Below, piece after piece: positions 37,882-48,500 of a stretch of 56,601 nucleotides of DNA (its first letter is position 1; each line of letters begins with the position of its first letter). Source of the DNA: a virus. Lineage: Duplodnaviria > Caudoviricetes. The notes beneath the pieces are model-generated. The model was not told the origin of the DNA, ran no database searches, and worked only from the letters and a program-made list of their open reading frames with translations. Where the stretch lies: positions 1 to 56,601 of IMG/VR virus record IMGVR_UViG_3300020280_000004. One strand, written 5' to 3'. The position numbers and the translations under genes were made by a program.

Positions 37882-40800
37882 TTATTGTCCATATCCGTTA
37901 GATGGGTCATTTGCACTAATCGGATCTCCTTCATTTAATTCAGTACTTGCAACACCTCCCGTAAAGAAGTTTAATGCTAGTAAGTAACCGCTTATTCCAC
38001 CCGCTAATTCAGTGGTTTGCGGGAAAGTTATTGTTCCAGTAGTTGGAAATGCTTCATTGAAAATTTCCGCATTTCTTACTTTAATTTGACCTGCTCTGAA
38101 ACCAGAAACGTTCAAATTAGCACCACCACCTGATACTCTGTTTCCAATGAAACTTACTATTGCTTTTTGTGTTGGTACAACTTCGTTAGAATTCGCAGAC
38201 ATAGTTTCGTCTGTACTAAATTCTTTTACAACAACTTCTGTACCACCTAATACTACACCACCTAAACTTAATTCACTTAATCCTGATAAGTTGAATAAGT
38301 CTGCGTTTAGTGTAACAATTCCAGTTGCCTGTTCTACTTCAAATAATTCACCTGTTCTAAAATTACCATCTTGGTCAGTTGAAGTGTAGAATACTCTACC
38401 ACCACCTGCCATTTTGACTTCTCTATTTTGTTGTGCTTCGTAACCAAATGTAAATCCTAGGTTTGTGTATAAATCTGGATAATTTGTTGTTGTAAATCCA
38501 CCAGTACCAATATCTAAGAAATCGTGACCAGTCAATCTAATTTGTGAATACTTTTGTCTAATTGTTAATGTTGTTTCATGATCCGGAGATTCATTTTCTT
38601 TGAAACTTGGAGATATTCTAAACGTTGCTGATAAGTTTGGAGCACTTCCAGATACATTTGTAATCTGTGTTACTCTGTAAATTTGATCATTGATGCCATT
38701 AATGTATAATAAATCTCCTGGTCCCGGCTCTAAAGAAAGATCCTTAACTTTAATTACTTTACCAATTTGATATTCATCTGCAAATCCATCGCCATCGATA
38801 GTTGCACTTACGTTAATGAAACCTGTTCCTCTATTAGTAAATGTTGGTTGACTCAATACTCCATTTGCTATTCTAGTTTGTAAAACTGCATCTGTTGTAT
38901 TTCTGTTATCCGTTAATGTATAGTTAGGCGCTGAAGCGTAACCACTTCCCGGATCAAAAATTTGTATTTTAGATACTTTCCCTGCGTTCGTAATTACTCT
39001 GCAAAGTGGTGGTGCACCTTTTTTCAATACATCTGCCGTACTCATTGCAGTAGATTTTATCGGAATGAAATAATTTCCTGCACTTCTACCTTCAACTATC
39101 TTGCCATAAGTTCCTGAAAGTGTGCTTGTAAGTTGTTTCCAACTGATACCATCGTAACTGTAAGCAGTTTCACCATTTGCTGTGATTCCAACAAAAGTTC
39201 CTTGCATACCAGTAACTTTATATGGTCCTGTATGTGGCAAAGTATCTGATTCTGTCCAAGTTGTAACAGCACTTGTTGAACTTTGTGCCACGTTTGCATT
39301 TGTAACAAAAATTTTGTTTAATGAAGTAGAATCATCTAATGGAGAATCTTGAACTGGCATTAAGAATTTTCCATTTTTGAATACTAAATCTTGTGCAATA
39401 TATTTTGGTCCACCAACACCTAATCCAACGTTTGCCGCCAATTGCCAATTAGCACCATCATCTACTGATTCCCATGTTTGACCATATTGGTCTGAAATGA
39501 TAAACAATCCATTACCAGCCGCCGCGTATTTGAATATCGCTGTTGATCCATCATATGGTTCTACCTGTGCGTTTGTCCAACTTGAACCGTTATCTGTCGA
39601 ACGATATACAACACCTGTGTCTGAAACTATAATCCATGTTTGACCTATTGCCGCAACTCCTGTGAAAGTATCAGAACCAACTGAGCCACTTATGTCGCTC
39701 CATGTTGCACCATCGTTAGATGAGTTTACAACACCACTTGAAGATACAGCAATAAATTTATTTGCATTGCCTTCAATGTCATTCCAAGTTGTTGTAGACA
39801 CTCCACTACAAGCAGTGAAAGTGTTGCCATCAGTTGTTCTTGCACCTCTTCCGTTTCCTAATAAAACTGTAATATTTGTTGAACCTATTCTTGTGTGTGT
39901 TCCAACAGCATAATCTCCTGCAATTGGTAAACTTTTAGTTGAACTTGAATATGCTGGTTCACTGAAACTAATTCTTGGCTCAATGAAATATTTTGTTGAT
40001 GGATCTAAAGGATTAGCAATAGGGAAACCGCCTAGTAAGTGTTGCCAACCTGGAGTATTATCAAATTCTTTTTTAACTGTTGCAACTTTTGTAACTTCGT
40101 TGAATGTATCAACTATTGCGTATTGTCCTCTACCTGTTCCTTCCCAAATGTAAATTCTTTGTCCGACTGTTTGTGCCGTAGTACCAGTGTATTGTGCATT
40201 TAATTTTATTGACGTAGTGTCACCAGTTATTGCTGGACCAGATAAACTTGTATAACCGGCACCGCCTGCTGGAGTTGAATCTCCTGGACCCATTACTCTA
40301 ATTCTGTTTACACCACCATCACGTGTGTTTGCATATCCTATTTCACCTGCCGCACCTTGACCAGAACCTGAAATTGTTATTGTTGCCGCTGTGTAATCTT
40401 GTCCTGCGTGTCCGTAAGCGAATGCAAAAATTTCATTTTCATCATTGTATACAGCGTCAACTGTTGCTTCTTTTGTTCTGTTGTCAATTTTACCTGTGAT
40501 CGGAGTTTCTGATGAAATAACACCTTCTGCTACTGAACCAAAGTCACCATATGAATTGTTACCATTTGTTGCTCTTACTTTTCCTCCGTTGGTTGCTAGA
40601 TATCCTATGTGACAATAGTATGTAAACACAGATACAAGTTCTGATTTACCTTCACCGTTTGCCCAATATCCAATACCGTCGGATATTACCTGTGTAAAGT
40701 CATTTGCAACAATAGATTTATTTCCACCATTGTGCAAATCACCGTCAACTTTCATTCCAATACAACCTGTTCCAAATGTAGAAACGTTTTGTACGTAACA

Positions 40801-43044
40801 TGATTTACTTGTAATCCAAGCACTTGCATCTGTTGGTCCTGTTCCTGGATTTAACGTTACAAATGCTCCACCTGTTGGTCTTTTTGTTCCGTATTGATTT
40901 ACTGCTCCTAGTGTACCTTGTAAACCTTGTAAAGTCATGTTTCTTATTCCAGAGCCATTGTTTACTCTAAACATATCGTAACCTGTCTCAAAACCTGACT
41001 TAGGTTTAATTGTTGTACTTCTTAATTCATCTCCAACTAAGGCGACATCTCTTGGAACAGTGATTGGTAATTCTTCTTCATATATTCCAGTTTTAATGAA
41101 TACTGTCGCAGGTGCTCTGTTGCTTAAATCTTGTTGAATATAATCTGTGGCATATTTTACAGTTTTGAATGGTGCAGATAATTTGGTACCGTTGTTAATT
41201 GTGTCATTACCTTCAGGTGCAACATAATAAACTTTTGGAGTTACTTCAAAATCTTCCCAATATGGTAAACCGTTTGTGTTAACTTTTAATAATTGTCCCG
41301 CAGTTCCTAAACCTATTCTTAATCTTGTTGAGTCTGCTTGTTGTGTTTTAATATCACCTGGATATTCTAATACGTTTGGTGCGTGACCTTGTGCTAATAA
41401 TCTCCAATATGGTCCAACATTTTCGGATGCAAAATCTAATGGCGGTTTAGCGTCAGATGAATTTGCTTCGTGTGTTAGTATACATCTATATAATGTACCT
41501 GCAACTGAAACAATATCACCTGGGAAGTAAGTTGACTCACCAACATTACCACCAATGTCTGATGCTTTCCATGGACCTTTCCATGCGTGACCATCTACAA
41601 GTTTTTGCCAAGGGAAAGGTTCATCTGTTCCAGGATCGTAGGTTGTATCCGTATCCGGATTTGTATTGCTGTGTGTTCTAACCGCGATGTATAAATGACC
41701 ACCTGCTGTTACTACATCACCTGTTTTGTATTCAAAAGGTGTAAGTTGACCATTTACTAATGTTTGTCCTACCCATTCGCCTTTAAATGTGTAACCAACA
41801 ATTTGTAATTCCCATGTGGCAGATGAATCTGTTACTGCTGGAGTAACTCCAATGTTACTTTGTAAAGCAACATATGTGTATCCACCGTAAAGAACAATAT
41901 CACCCTGTTGATAATATTGTGATGTATTCCATAATTGTTCAAATTCTAAACCTGGTAACCATAGACTGAACTTTGATTCGTCCATGTTTTGTTCAATTGC
42001 CCAGTGTCCAGTTGTACATTTCCACATACCTGGAGACCATCTAACTAAATCATTTTTAGAATATCTCTTACCAAACTGGTAGTCACCTTGATATCTTATT
42101 CCTTCGAATACTGTTTCCCACTGTGCTTGGTTGGCTTCCAATCCATCTGTGTTTACGTTTGCTGTTCCATTTACCGATACTGCCGTAATTGCACCTGAAC
42201 CATCTACTGTGTTAATTGTAATAACAGCATCATTGGCGCCAGTTGTTCCACCTAGTTCTGCTCCGTAAACTGTTAAAGTTCCTAAAGCAGTGTAACCTGA
42301 ACCTGCATTAATTATTCTGCAATAATAAGTTGACGCAACTCTGAATATTGCGAATGAAAAGTTTGTACCAGACACGTTGCTAACTGCAACTGTTGGACTT
42401 ATGAATTCATTTGTTGACGCTGATCTATGTCCTGATAGACATCTGTAAACCATACCACCATGATATACGATATCATCTGGATAGTATAAAGTATTGACTG
42501 CCCAATCACCTCTCCAGTTGTCTGATCTAGAATATTGATCCCAGAAATCTGCGTTGTATTGTAGTCCATCATCTGCTGTTGCTGAAGTGTGTGCAGTGTT
42601 ACACTTCCAAATCGAACCACCGTAGATAACTGTTTGGTCAACATTGTAAAGAGTGTTTGGTTGCCATACACTTGCCCAATCCTCTCCACGTGCAAAGTAA
42701 ACCCATTTAGTTTCATCACCTAATACACCATTTGATGCTGATGAATTAGAAGTGTGTCCTTCTATACATTTGTATATTAGACCACCAACTTTAACAAGTT
42801 CACCTATTTTGTAAAATGTAGATGGTTGCCATGCTCCGGTCCAACTTTGACCGTCCATCATCTGTGTCCATCTTGGAATAGTTGCATTTAAATCGTTGTA
42901 AAAGTTTGAGTCTGATGTGTGTACTTCCACACAAACATAAACTTTTGCACCGAATCTTAGGACATCATCTTTTACATAAAGAGTCCCTGCTGACCAGTCA
43001 CCTCTCCATCTAAAACGTATCCTATCTATTCGAAAATCTGCCAT
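37882..43044 (-). CDS. Giant (1720 aa) fibre/tailspike-like virion protein, paralogue B
   Basis: Same architecture as 32171-37846 (RIRF.W.G start, SIVANDFTQVISDGIG, TGHDFLDIGTG) plus Asp-box repeats (SNDGATW, STDNGSSW, SVDDGANW, SYDGISW). Confidence 0.75.
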   Translation of the reverse strand: MADFRIDRIRFRWRGDWSAGTLYVKDDVLRFGAKVYVCVEVHTSDSNFYNDLNATIPRWTQMMDGQSWTGAWQPSTFYKIGELVKVGGLIYKCIEGHTSNSSASNGVLGDETKWVYFARGEDWASVWQPNTLYNVDQTVIYGGSIWKCNTAHTSATADDGLQYNADFWDQYSRSDNWRGDWAVNTLYYPDDIVYHGGMVYRCLSGHRSASTNEFISPTVAVSNVSGTNFSFAIFRVASTYYCRIINAGSGYTALGTLTVYGAELGGTTGANDAVITINTVDGSGAITAVSVNGTANVNTDGLEANQAQWETVFEGIRYQGDYQFGKRYSKNDLVRWSPGMWKCTTGHWAIEQNMDESKFSLWLPGLEFEQLWNTSQYYQQGDIVLYGGYTYVALQSNIGVTPAVTDSSATWELQIVGYTFKGEWVGQTLVNGQLTPFEYKTGDVVTAGGHLYIAVRTHSNTNPDTDTTYDPGTDEPFPWQKLVDGHAWKGPWKASDIGGNVGESTYFPGDIVSVAGTLYRCILTHEANSSDAKPPLDFASENVGPYWRLLAQGHAPNVLEYPGDIKTQQADSTRLRIGLGTAGQLLKVNTNGLPYWEDFEVTPKVYYVAPEGNDTINNGTKLSAPFKTVKYATDYIQQDLSNRAPATVFIKTGIYEEELPITVPRDVALVGDELRSTTIKPKSGFETGYDMFRVNNGSGIRNMTLQGLQGTLGAVNQYGTKRPTGGAFVTLNPGTGPTDASAWITSKSCYVQNVSTFGTGCIGMKVDGDLHNGGNKSIVANDFTQVISDGIGYWANGEGKSELVSVFTYYCHIGYLATNGGKVRATNGNNSYGDFGSVAEGVISSETPITGKIDNRTKEATVDAVYNDENEIFAFAYGHAGQDYTAATITISGSGQGAAGEIGYANTRDGGVNRIRVMGPGDSTPAGGAGYTSLSGPAITGDTTSIKLNAQYTGTTAQTVGQRIYIWEGTGRGQYAIVDTFNEVTKVATVKKEFDNTPGWQHLLGGFPIANPLDPSTKYFIEPRISFSEPAYSSSTKSLPIAGDYAVGTHTRIGSTNITVLLGNGRGARTTDGNTFTACSGVSTTTWNDIEGNANKFIAVSSSGVVNSSNDGATWSDISGSVGSDTFTGVAAIGQTWIIVSDTGVVYRSTDNGSSWTNAQVEPYDGSTAIFKYAAAGNGLFIISDQYGQTWESVDDGANWQLAANVGLGVGGPKYIAQDLVFKNGKFLMPVQDSPLDDSTSLNKIFVTNANVAQSSTSAVTTWTESDTLPHTGPYKVTGMQGTFVGITANGETAYSYDGISWKQLTSTLSGTYGKIVEGRSAGNYFIPIKSTAMSTADVLKKGAPPLCRVITNAGKVSKIQIFDPGSGYASAPNYTLTDNRNTTDAVLQTRIANGVLSQPTFTNRGTGFINVSATIDGDGFADEYQIGKVIKVKDLSLEPGPGDLLYINGINDQIYRVTQITNVSGSAPNLSATFRISPSFKENESPDHETTLTIRQKYSQIRLTGHDFLDIGTGGFTTTNYPDLYTNLGFTFGYEAQQNREVKMAGGGRVFYTSTDQDGNFRTGELFEVEQATGIVTLNADLFNLSGLSELSLGGVVLGGTEVVVKEFSTDETMSANSNEVVPTQKAIVSFIGNRVSGGGANLNVSGFRAGQIKVRNAEIFNEAFPTTGTITFPQTTELAGGISGYLLALNFFTGGVASTELNEGDPISANDPSNGYGQ

Positions 43045-43074
43045 TGATTAATTCCTTACTACTATTTATTTCCT

Positions 43075-43449
43075 CTAACTACTATAAGGTTCAACGTAAC
43101 CAGTGTACGTTTGCGCCTCGTTAACTTTTAATACTAATTCACCTTCTTTATTCACATAGTAAAATAGGTTTCTTCCGTCCCATTTGTACTGTTCATAAAC
43201 AAGGTTTTTATAAACCAATTTGTGTTGAGTGTCTCTTCCTTCAAAAAAGTCCTCTCCACGTGACCAGTTATTGTAATTGTCATCAATATTACCTGATCTG
43301 TTCAGTTCAACACCGTCTTCTAGTTCAAGCAGATCTGCTTTTACCATGTAAACTGTTCCATCTGAAGTTCTGCGTAAACCATAAAAATACCTGTTGTTAC
43401 CAAGTGTTTTCTGTAATTCGTCTATGCCTACTCCAAAAACTTGTGCCAT
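43075..43449 (-). CDS. Hypothetical virion protein (YFYGLRRT family, copy 1)
   Basis: RYFYGLRRT..G...GEDFFEGRD...YEQYKWD...YYVNKEGELV; paralogue of 44767-45228. Confidence 0.6.
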   Translation of the reverse strand: MAQVFGVGIDELQKTLGNNRYFYGLRRTSDGTVYMVKADLLELEDGVELNRSGNIDDNYNNWSRGEDFFEGRDTQHKLVYKNLVYEQYKWDGRNLFYYVNKEGELVLKVNEAQTYTGYVEPYSS

Positions 43450-43457
43450 TATAATCC

Positions 43458-44747
43458 TTACGTAATAATATTAATTGTGTTACCCATACCACTGTGAATT
43501 GTACACTGATAATAAAGTGTATTTGGTGCATTCATTGGTACAGTAAACACCTGTGTTCCATTTTGATTTCCACTTACACCAGAAGTATAAGCACTACCAT
43601 TGCTAGATGTTCTAATTGCAAATGGGTGATTTGAACCAGTTGTGTTTACAAAAATGTATGTGTGTCCTCTGTTAAGGTATAACACTGGATCATTTGCTGT
43701 GCTTGGAAAACCTGGACCACTGAATGTGTAGTCTGATGAACCGTTAGCACCAATGCTCCATCTCATAGTTGGACCATTTTGTAATACCCAACCACTTCCG
43801 TTGTAATATAACACGTCTCCTTGTGATGCTCCCGTCGCCGTTACATCTGTCAAATCGTTTAGTGCTGTACTTGCCGCCGATGAAGCAACAAATTCTAATG
43901 CTGTACCGCCTGAGTTTACTTTTACAAATCTTCCTTCATTACCTGAGAAGTTTGAAGGAGTGTCTGTCAATCCTGTAAATGCTGTCGTAATAGTTGGTCT
44001 ATTGTTTAAGTTATTGTAGTTTAAGAAATATGTGCTGTCTAAACCATCTAGTGTATCAGCATCTGATCCACCGCCACCACCTGTTGCGTCAGCCGCCGGT
44101 TGCCATTTTGTACCACTCCATTTTAAAACTTGTCCTGAAGTTGGTGGAGTAGATGTTGTGTCAACGTCAGATAAAGTATCTATTCCAAAACTTTGTGTAA
44201 GTTCTAAACCATCTTCTGCTGAATTTACTCTTAAAAATCCACTTCCGAATCCGCTGAAAGAACTTGGAGTGTCAGTCAATCCAGTAAATGTTGTTACGCC
44301 GGCACCACCGCCACCGCCGCCACCAGATACTGTTCCTGGTTTCCATTTTCCGCCACCTGCGTCCCAAACTAATGCTTGTCCGTTTGTCGGAGCCGCTGTC
44401 GTTGTGTCTACATCTGATAGAACATCAATGGACTTATTTGCATCTGCAAGTTTTACCCATTGTCCTGCGTGAGCATAATAAGCCGCATTCTCGGCGTGTA
44501 CGTGGGCGAACATTCCGTGATATGTGACTGCACTTGGTAAACTTGCCAAATTGTCATAGTTGAAGGCAACCTTGTTGGCGCCTGGTGCGTTTAATAAATT
44601 ATTTTGTACGACTGTTAGTGTCGTTCCGTTTCCAAGTGCAGTGTATAATTCACTGAAATTGGAATTCAGTTTTGTACCGGCATCACGTAACGAGTCACCC
44701 TGACCATCGTTAGGTAAAGTACCAGTGTTAATTAATTGTCTTGTCAT
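43458..44747 (-). CDS. Baseplate-anchored fibre (gp9/gp10-like N-terminus) with C-terminal cupredoxin-like domain
   Basis: INTGTLPNDGQGDSLRDAGTKLNSNFSELY start; L.DV...GQ.L.W repeats; C-terminal HPF...LYYQCTIHSGMG. Confidence 0.7.
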   Translation of the reverse strand: MTRQLINTGTLPNDGQGDSLRDAGTKLNSNFSELYTALGNGTTLTVVQNNLLNAPGANKVAFNYDNLASLPSAVTYHGMFAHVHAENAAYYAHAGQWVKLADANKSIDVLSDVDTTTAAPTNGQALVWDAGGGKWKPGTVSGGGGGGGAGVTTFTGLTDTPSSFSGFGSGFLRVNSAEDGLELTQSFGIDTLSDVDTTSTPPTSGQVLKWSGTKWQPAADATGGGGGSDADTLDGLDSTYFLNYNNLNNRPTITTAFTGLTDTPSNFSGNEGRFVKVNSGGTALEFVASSAASTALNDLTDVTATGASQGDVLYYNGSGWVLQNGPTMRWSIGANGSSDYTFSGPGFPSTANDPVLYLNRGHTYIFVNTTGSNHPFAIRTSSNGSAYTSGVSGNQNGTQVFTVPMNAPNTLYYQCTIHSGMGNTINIIT

Positions 44748-44766
44748 TCTTCGTATCCTCCCACGT

Positions 44767-45228
44767 TTACGTTCTATCGAATGTTATTTCGTTACTATCA
44801 AATTTAATTGTGTTCTTATCCATAGTAAACACTCTTGGTTGTGTCACTAAAGTTTCATCAGTTTGTGGATACGTGATAGTACCGTCTCCTACTTTACTGT
44901 TTAATCGAACAACAAATTCTCCTTCGCTGTTGATGTAATAATTTAAATTTACATCGTCCCATCTAAATTGTTCGTACTTTAAATTTTTAAATGGTTTAGC
45001 GTGATTTAAATCTCTTCCTTCGTAAAAATCTTCACCTTGGTCAAAACCTTCGTAGTTGTCAACTATTGCTCCTGGCACGTTAATTGTTACAGGATCATTT
45101 GCTTGTAGTTGGTCAACTTTTCCAATGTATAAAGTTCCTTCGTCTGTTCTTCTTAGTCCGTAGAAGTATCTCGACTTTATACCATTTTCTAAATATACAA
45201 CTGTATCCTGTCCAACCGTATTTGACAT
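44767..45228 (-). CDS. Hypothetical virion protein (YFYGLRRT family, copy 2)
   Basis: RYFYGLRRTDEG...GEDFYEGRD...YEQFRWD...YYINSEGEFV. Confidence 0.6.
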   Translation of the reverse strand: MSNTVGQDTVVYLENGIKSRYFYGLRRTDEGTLYIGKVDQLQANDPVTINVPGAIVDNYEGFDQGEDFYEGRDLNHAKPFKNLKYEQFRWDDVNLNYYINSEGEFVVRLNSKVGDGTITYPQTDETLVTQPRVFTMDKNTIKFDSNEITFDRT

Positions 45229-45229
45229 C

Positions 45230-45562
45230 TTAACTTATCTCCACGTAACTTAATACACAATCAATCGAATCGTTAATATTTGATTGTACGTTTAAACTGT
45301 TTTGACTTGCAACAATTAATTTTTCTCCAGAGTTTAATACACGTAAACTGGAGTTGGGTGCAATCAATACGTCTTTTACTATAAAACCTGTAACTGAATC
45401 TGGAGTTGCTGTTAAAGTTACACTTGCTTTTACAACTGATTCTGTCAAATTTGCTAAAACCATACCAACAACAGTTGTATAAATTCCGTTTCCTGCCGTG
45501 TAAACAGAGTTAGGTACAGTTCCTATGTTTTTTGTTACATTGTTTCTAAAGGTCGTTGCCAT
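45230..45562 (-). CDS. Small virion protein (~110-aa family, copy 2)
   Basis: SVYTAG...VGMVLANLT...GEKLIV...VLSYVEI. Confidence 0.6.
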   Translation of the reverse strand: MATTFRNNVTKNIGTVPNSVYTAGNGIYTTVVGMVLANLTESVVKASVTLTATPDSVTGFIVKDVLIAPNSSLRVLNSGEKLIVASQNSLNVQSNINDSIDCVLSYVEIS

Positions 45563-45568
45563 TTTATT

Positions 45569-48500
45569 CTATCCTAATGTTACCGCCATTTGTACGGCTA
45601 TTTCTGTTGCATCAATTATACTTACAGCACCTGAAGATCCTGCAATTGATCCCCACTGGACGCCATCATACAATTCAACCCGCTCATCATTGGTATTGTA
45701 TCTAATCATACCTAACAAGCCAGTTACTGGTCTATCAACTGTTGTTCCAACTGGAATAACAAATCCACCAGCGTCTGATACATCAATATACCCAGTTCCG
45801 GTAGTTTTTAACTTCAACGGAGCAGATATAATATTAGTTATCGTATTTCCTTGGAATCTGAAGTCTTCAATCCTTATACTACCATTTCCATTGGCATTTA
45901 GGATTAAATCCTGGTCAACTCCTGTGGTTGTTAGTGTGTTTCCACTGATTTCTATATTATCAACCACCAATTTTGTAACGTCAAATCTAGAAGAATTAAC
46001 GTTTGCAACAAGTGTATTTGCCGCATAAAATCTTATTGTGTCATCATCATTTCCTGGTGTAAGTTCTGCTGTGATGTATGTGTCCTGGTCAAGGTCATAA
46101 ACACCTGTCAATGCTATCCAATTAGAGCCATTATAACCTTCAAAAACATTCGTCTGGGTGTTGTATCTCATCATACCCGCTACTGGAGATGCAGGTCTTT
46201 GTGCTGTGTTACCAGATGGAATTCTGATCGATCCAGTACCTGCTACTTTGAAAACTGAACTTGCTGGATTAATAATAAAGTCACCAGATGTATTCGTAAT
46301 AGTGTCACCTGAAGCAGTAAAGTTTTCTAATGTAACACTACCAGTACCACTTGTACGTAAATCTAAATCTGCGTTTGTGTCTATTGATTCAATTTTATTT
46401 CCAGTAATTCTTACACTGTCAACAATTGCCTCGTTAGCAAAAAGTTTATTCCAATTTTTTGTAGATGAACCAATGTTGTATAAATTATTTGTTGCTGGGA
46501 TTAAGTCAGATGCTATACCCGCCGATATTGTAATATTATCTGTTGTTTGATCACCGATCGTTACATTACCACCTATTGTAATGTCTCCACCAACATCTAA
46601 ATTTCCTGTGATGTTTACATTATCGCTAAACGCAACTGTGTCAGTAAATGAATCTAAATTTAAATTTCCTGAAGTAGTTGTAATTGTGTTACCACTAATT
46701 TTTACATTTCCTGATTGAATTTCATTTCCAGAAATAGTTGTAACATCAGAACCTGTAGTAAATGTTAAAGTTGAATCAACATCAATATTTAAATCTGCAC
46801 TTGTGAAACTTACTTCTCCAGTTTGTTGGTTTACGCTGAATTGATCACCAACTCTAAAGTCACCTCTATGGTCAACAGAACTAAAAAATATTTTTGCTCC
46901 ATTATTTGCTACAACTTCGTTTGCTTGAATTACTGTTGCCGCATCATTGTCTACTTCATAATCATTTCCAATGTATGCAAAGTTGTGACTTATCAAATAC
47001 ATTTTTACACCAACACCATCTCCTTTTACTCCAAATCTTCCATAGATAGAAGCAGATGCTATTGATCTAACTTCCGCTCCAAAGTCTGTGTAATCAACAA
47101 GTGTAAATGATGTTGCAGTTGCACCTGCAGAAGTTCTAATGTCTTGTGCAATTAAATTTGTGTCTAAGAAAGTTGTAGATGCATTGTTTCCATTAAAGTT
47201 TGCAACTAATTTTGTGTTTGCATTTCCAACTGCTTCTGTTGTTGGTGCTGTGAAATTTCCTGTGTGTAGTGCTTGACCTTTGTACACTCTTAAAGCATCG
47301 ATATAGCCATTCCAACCATTTGTGTTTCCAAAGTTATTACCTATCACAAAAGGTTTAGCATTGGCAAAATCCGCTGAAGCACTTGCACTTCCAACGCTTG
47401 AACCATTGATATAAACTGTGATTGTGCCACTGCTTCTAACTATTTCACAATGCGTCCATACTGATAAATTGAAGCCTTGTGATCCCGTAATTATTACCGA
47501 ACCGTTTACATAAACTTTTGGCACGTTGTTTTCTACATAAAAATACAAAGCATTTTCAACCGATACGTTGTTACGCATATCAATTAGAGATGTTGTTTGA
47601 ACTGCATTAGGATACGCCCAGAAGTCTATAGTAAAGTCTCCTGTGCCAAATCCAAAGTCTGCGTTTGTGTTTATTTTTGCGGCGTCGCCTACGCCATCTA
47701 ATTGTAAACTTGCCGAACCAAACTTTTTAGTTGTTGTGTTTAATTTTGCATCACCGATCGCTTGAATAGTTTTTCCATTCTGTTCAGCAGGTAATTGGAA
47801 ACCTAAAGATTTTCCATTTATAAAAATTTTATCTCCATCAACCGCCGCAATAGTGCCTGATGCCAACTGGTTACCTTGTGTATCGTAGTAAGTTAAAACC
47901 TGACCTTGTGCAAGTGGTGTACCTGAAAAGCCACCAACTTTTAATGCAGTTTGTCCTGCACCTTTTAATCCTAGTGTGCCGTCATAAGCATTAATGCTCG
48001 ATAGTGCAAAATATGTAAATGAGTTTAACCATTCTATTCTAACACCATTTGTAAGTGTGATTGCATCCACACCTGGTGTGATAAATGTTGCATTCTGGAA
48101 TAAACAACTTGCTTCATTACTGTTTGGCGTTGCAAGTTCACCATCAAAGAATGCACCTCTTCCAGCATCACCTGATAAAAATCCTCTTGGATCTGCCGCA
48201 GTTGTTGTTGAACCTTGTGTAATTACTGTGATATTTCTTATGTAAGGTGATCTAGATGTAACTTGGTAACCAGTACTATCGTCATTACCAGTTGGATTAA
48301 ATCTAAATGCGTGTCCTTCGTTTGCAGAACTGTTGTAATAAAAACCTGTAATTGTAATATCTTCAATTGTTACTTCACCATTTAGTATGAAAGCATCTTT
48401 TGTATTTGTTGAACCAGTTGGTTGAATTGTTACCGCTCTTAAACCATCACCTCTCAGAGACACACCCGTTGGCATTGTTAAAGGAAATGCTTCTGTGTAT

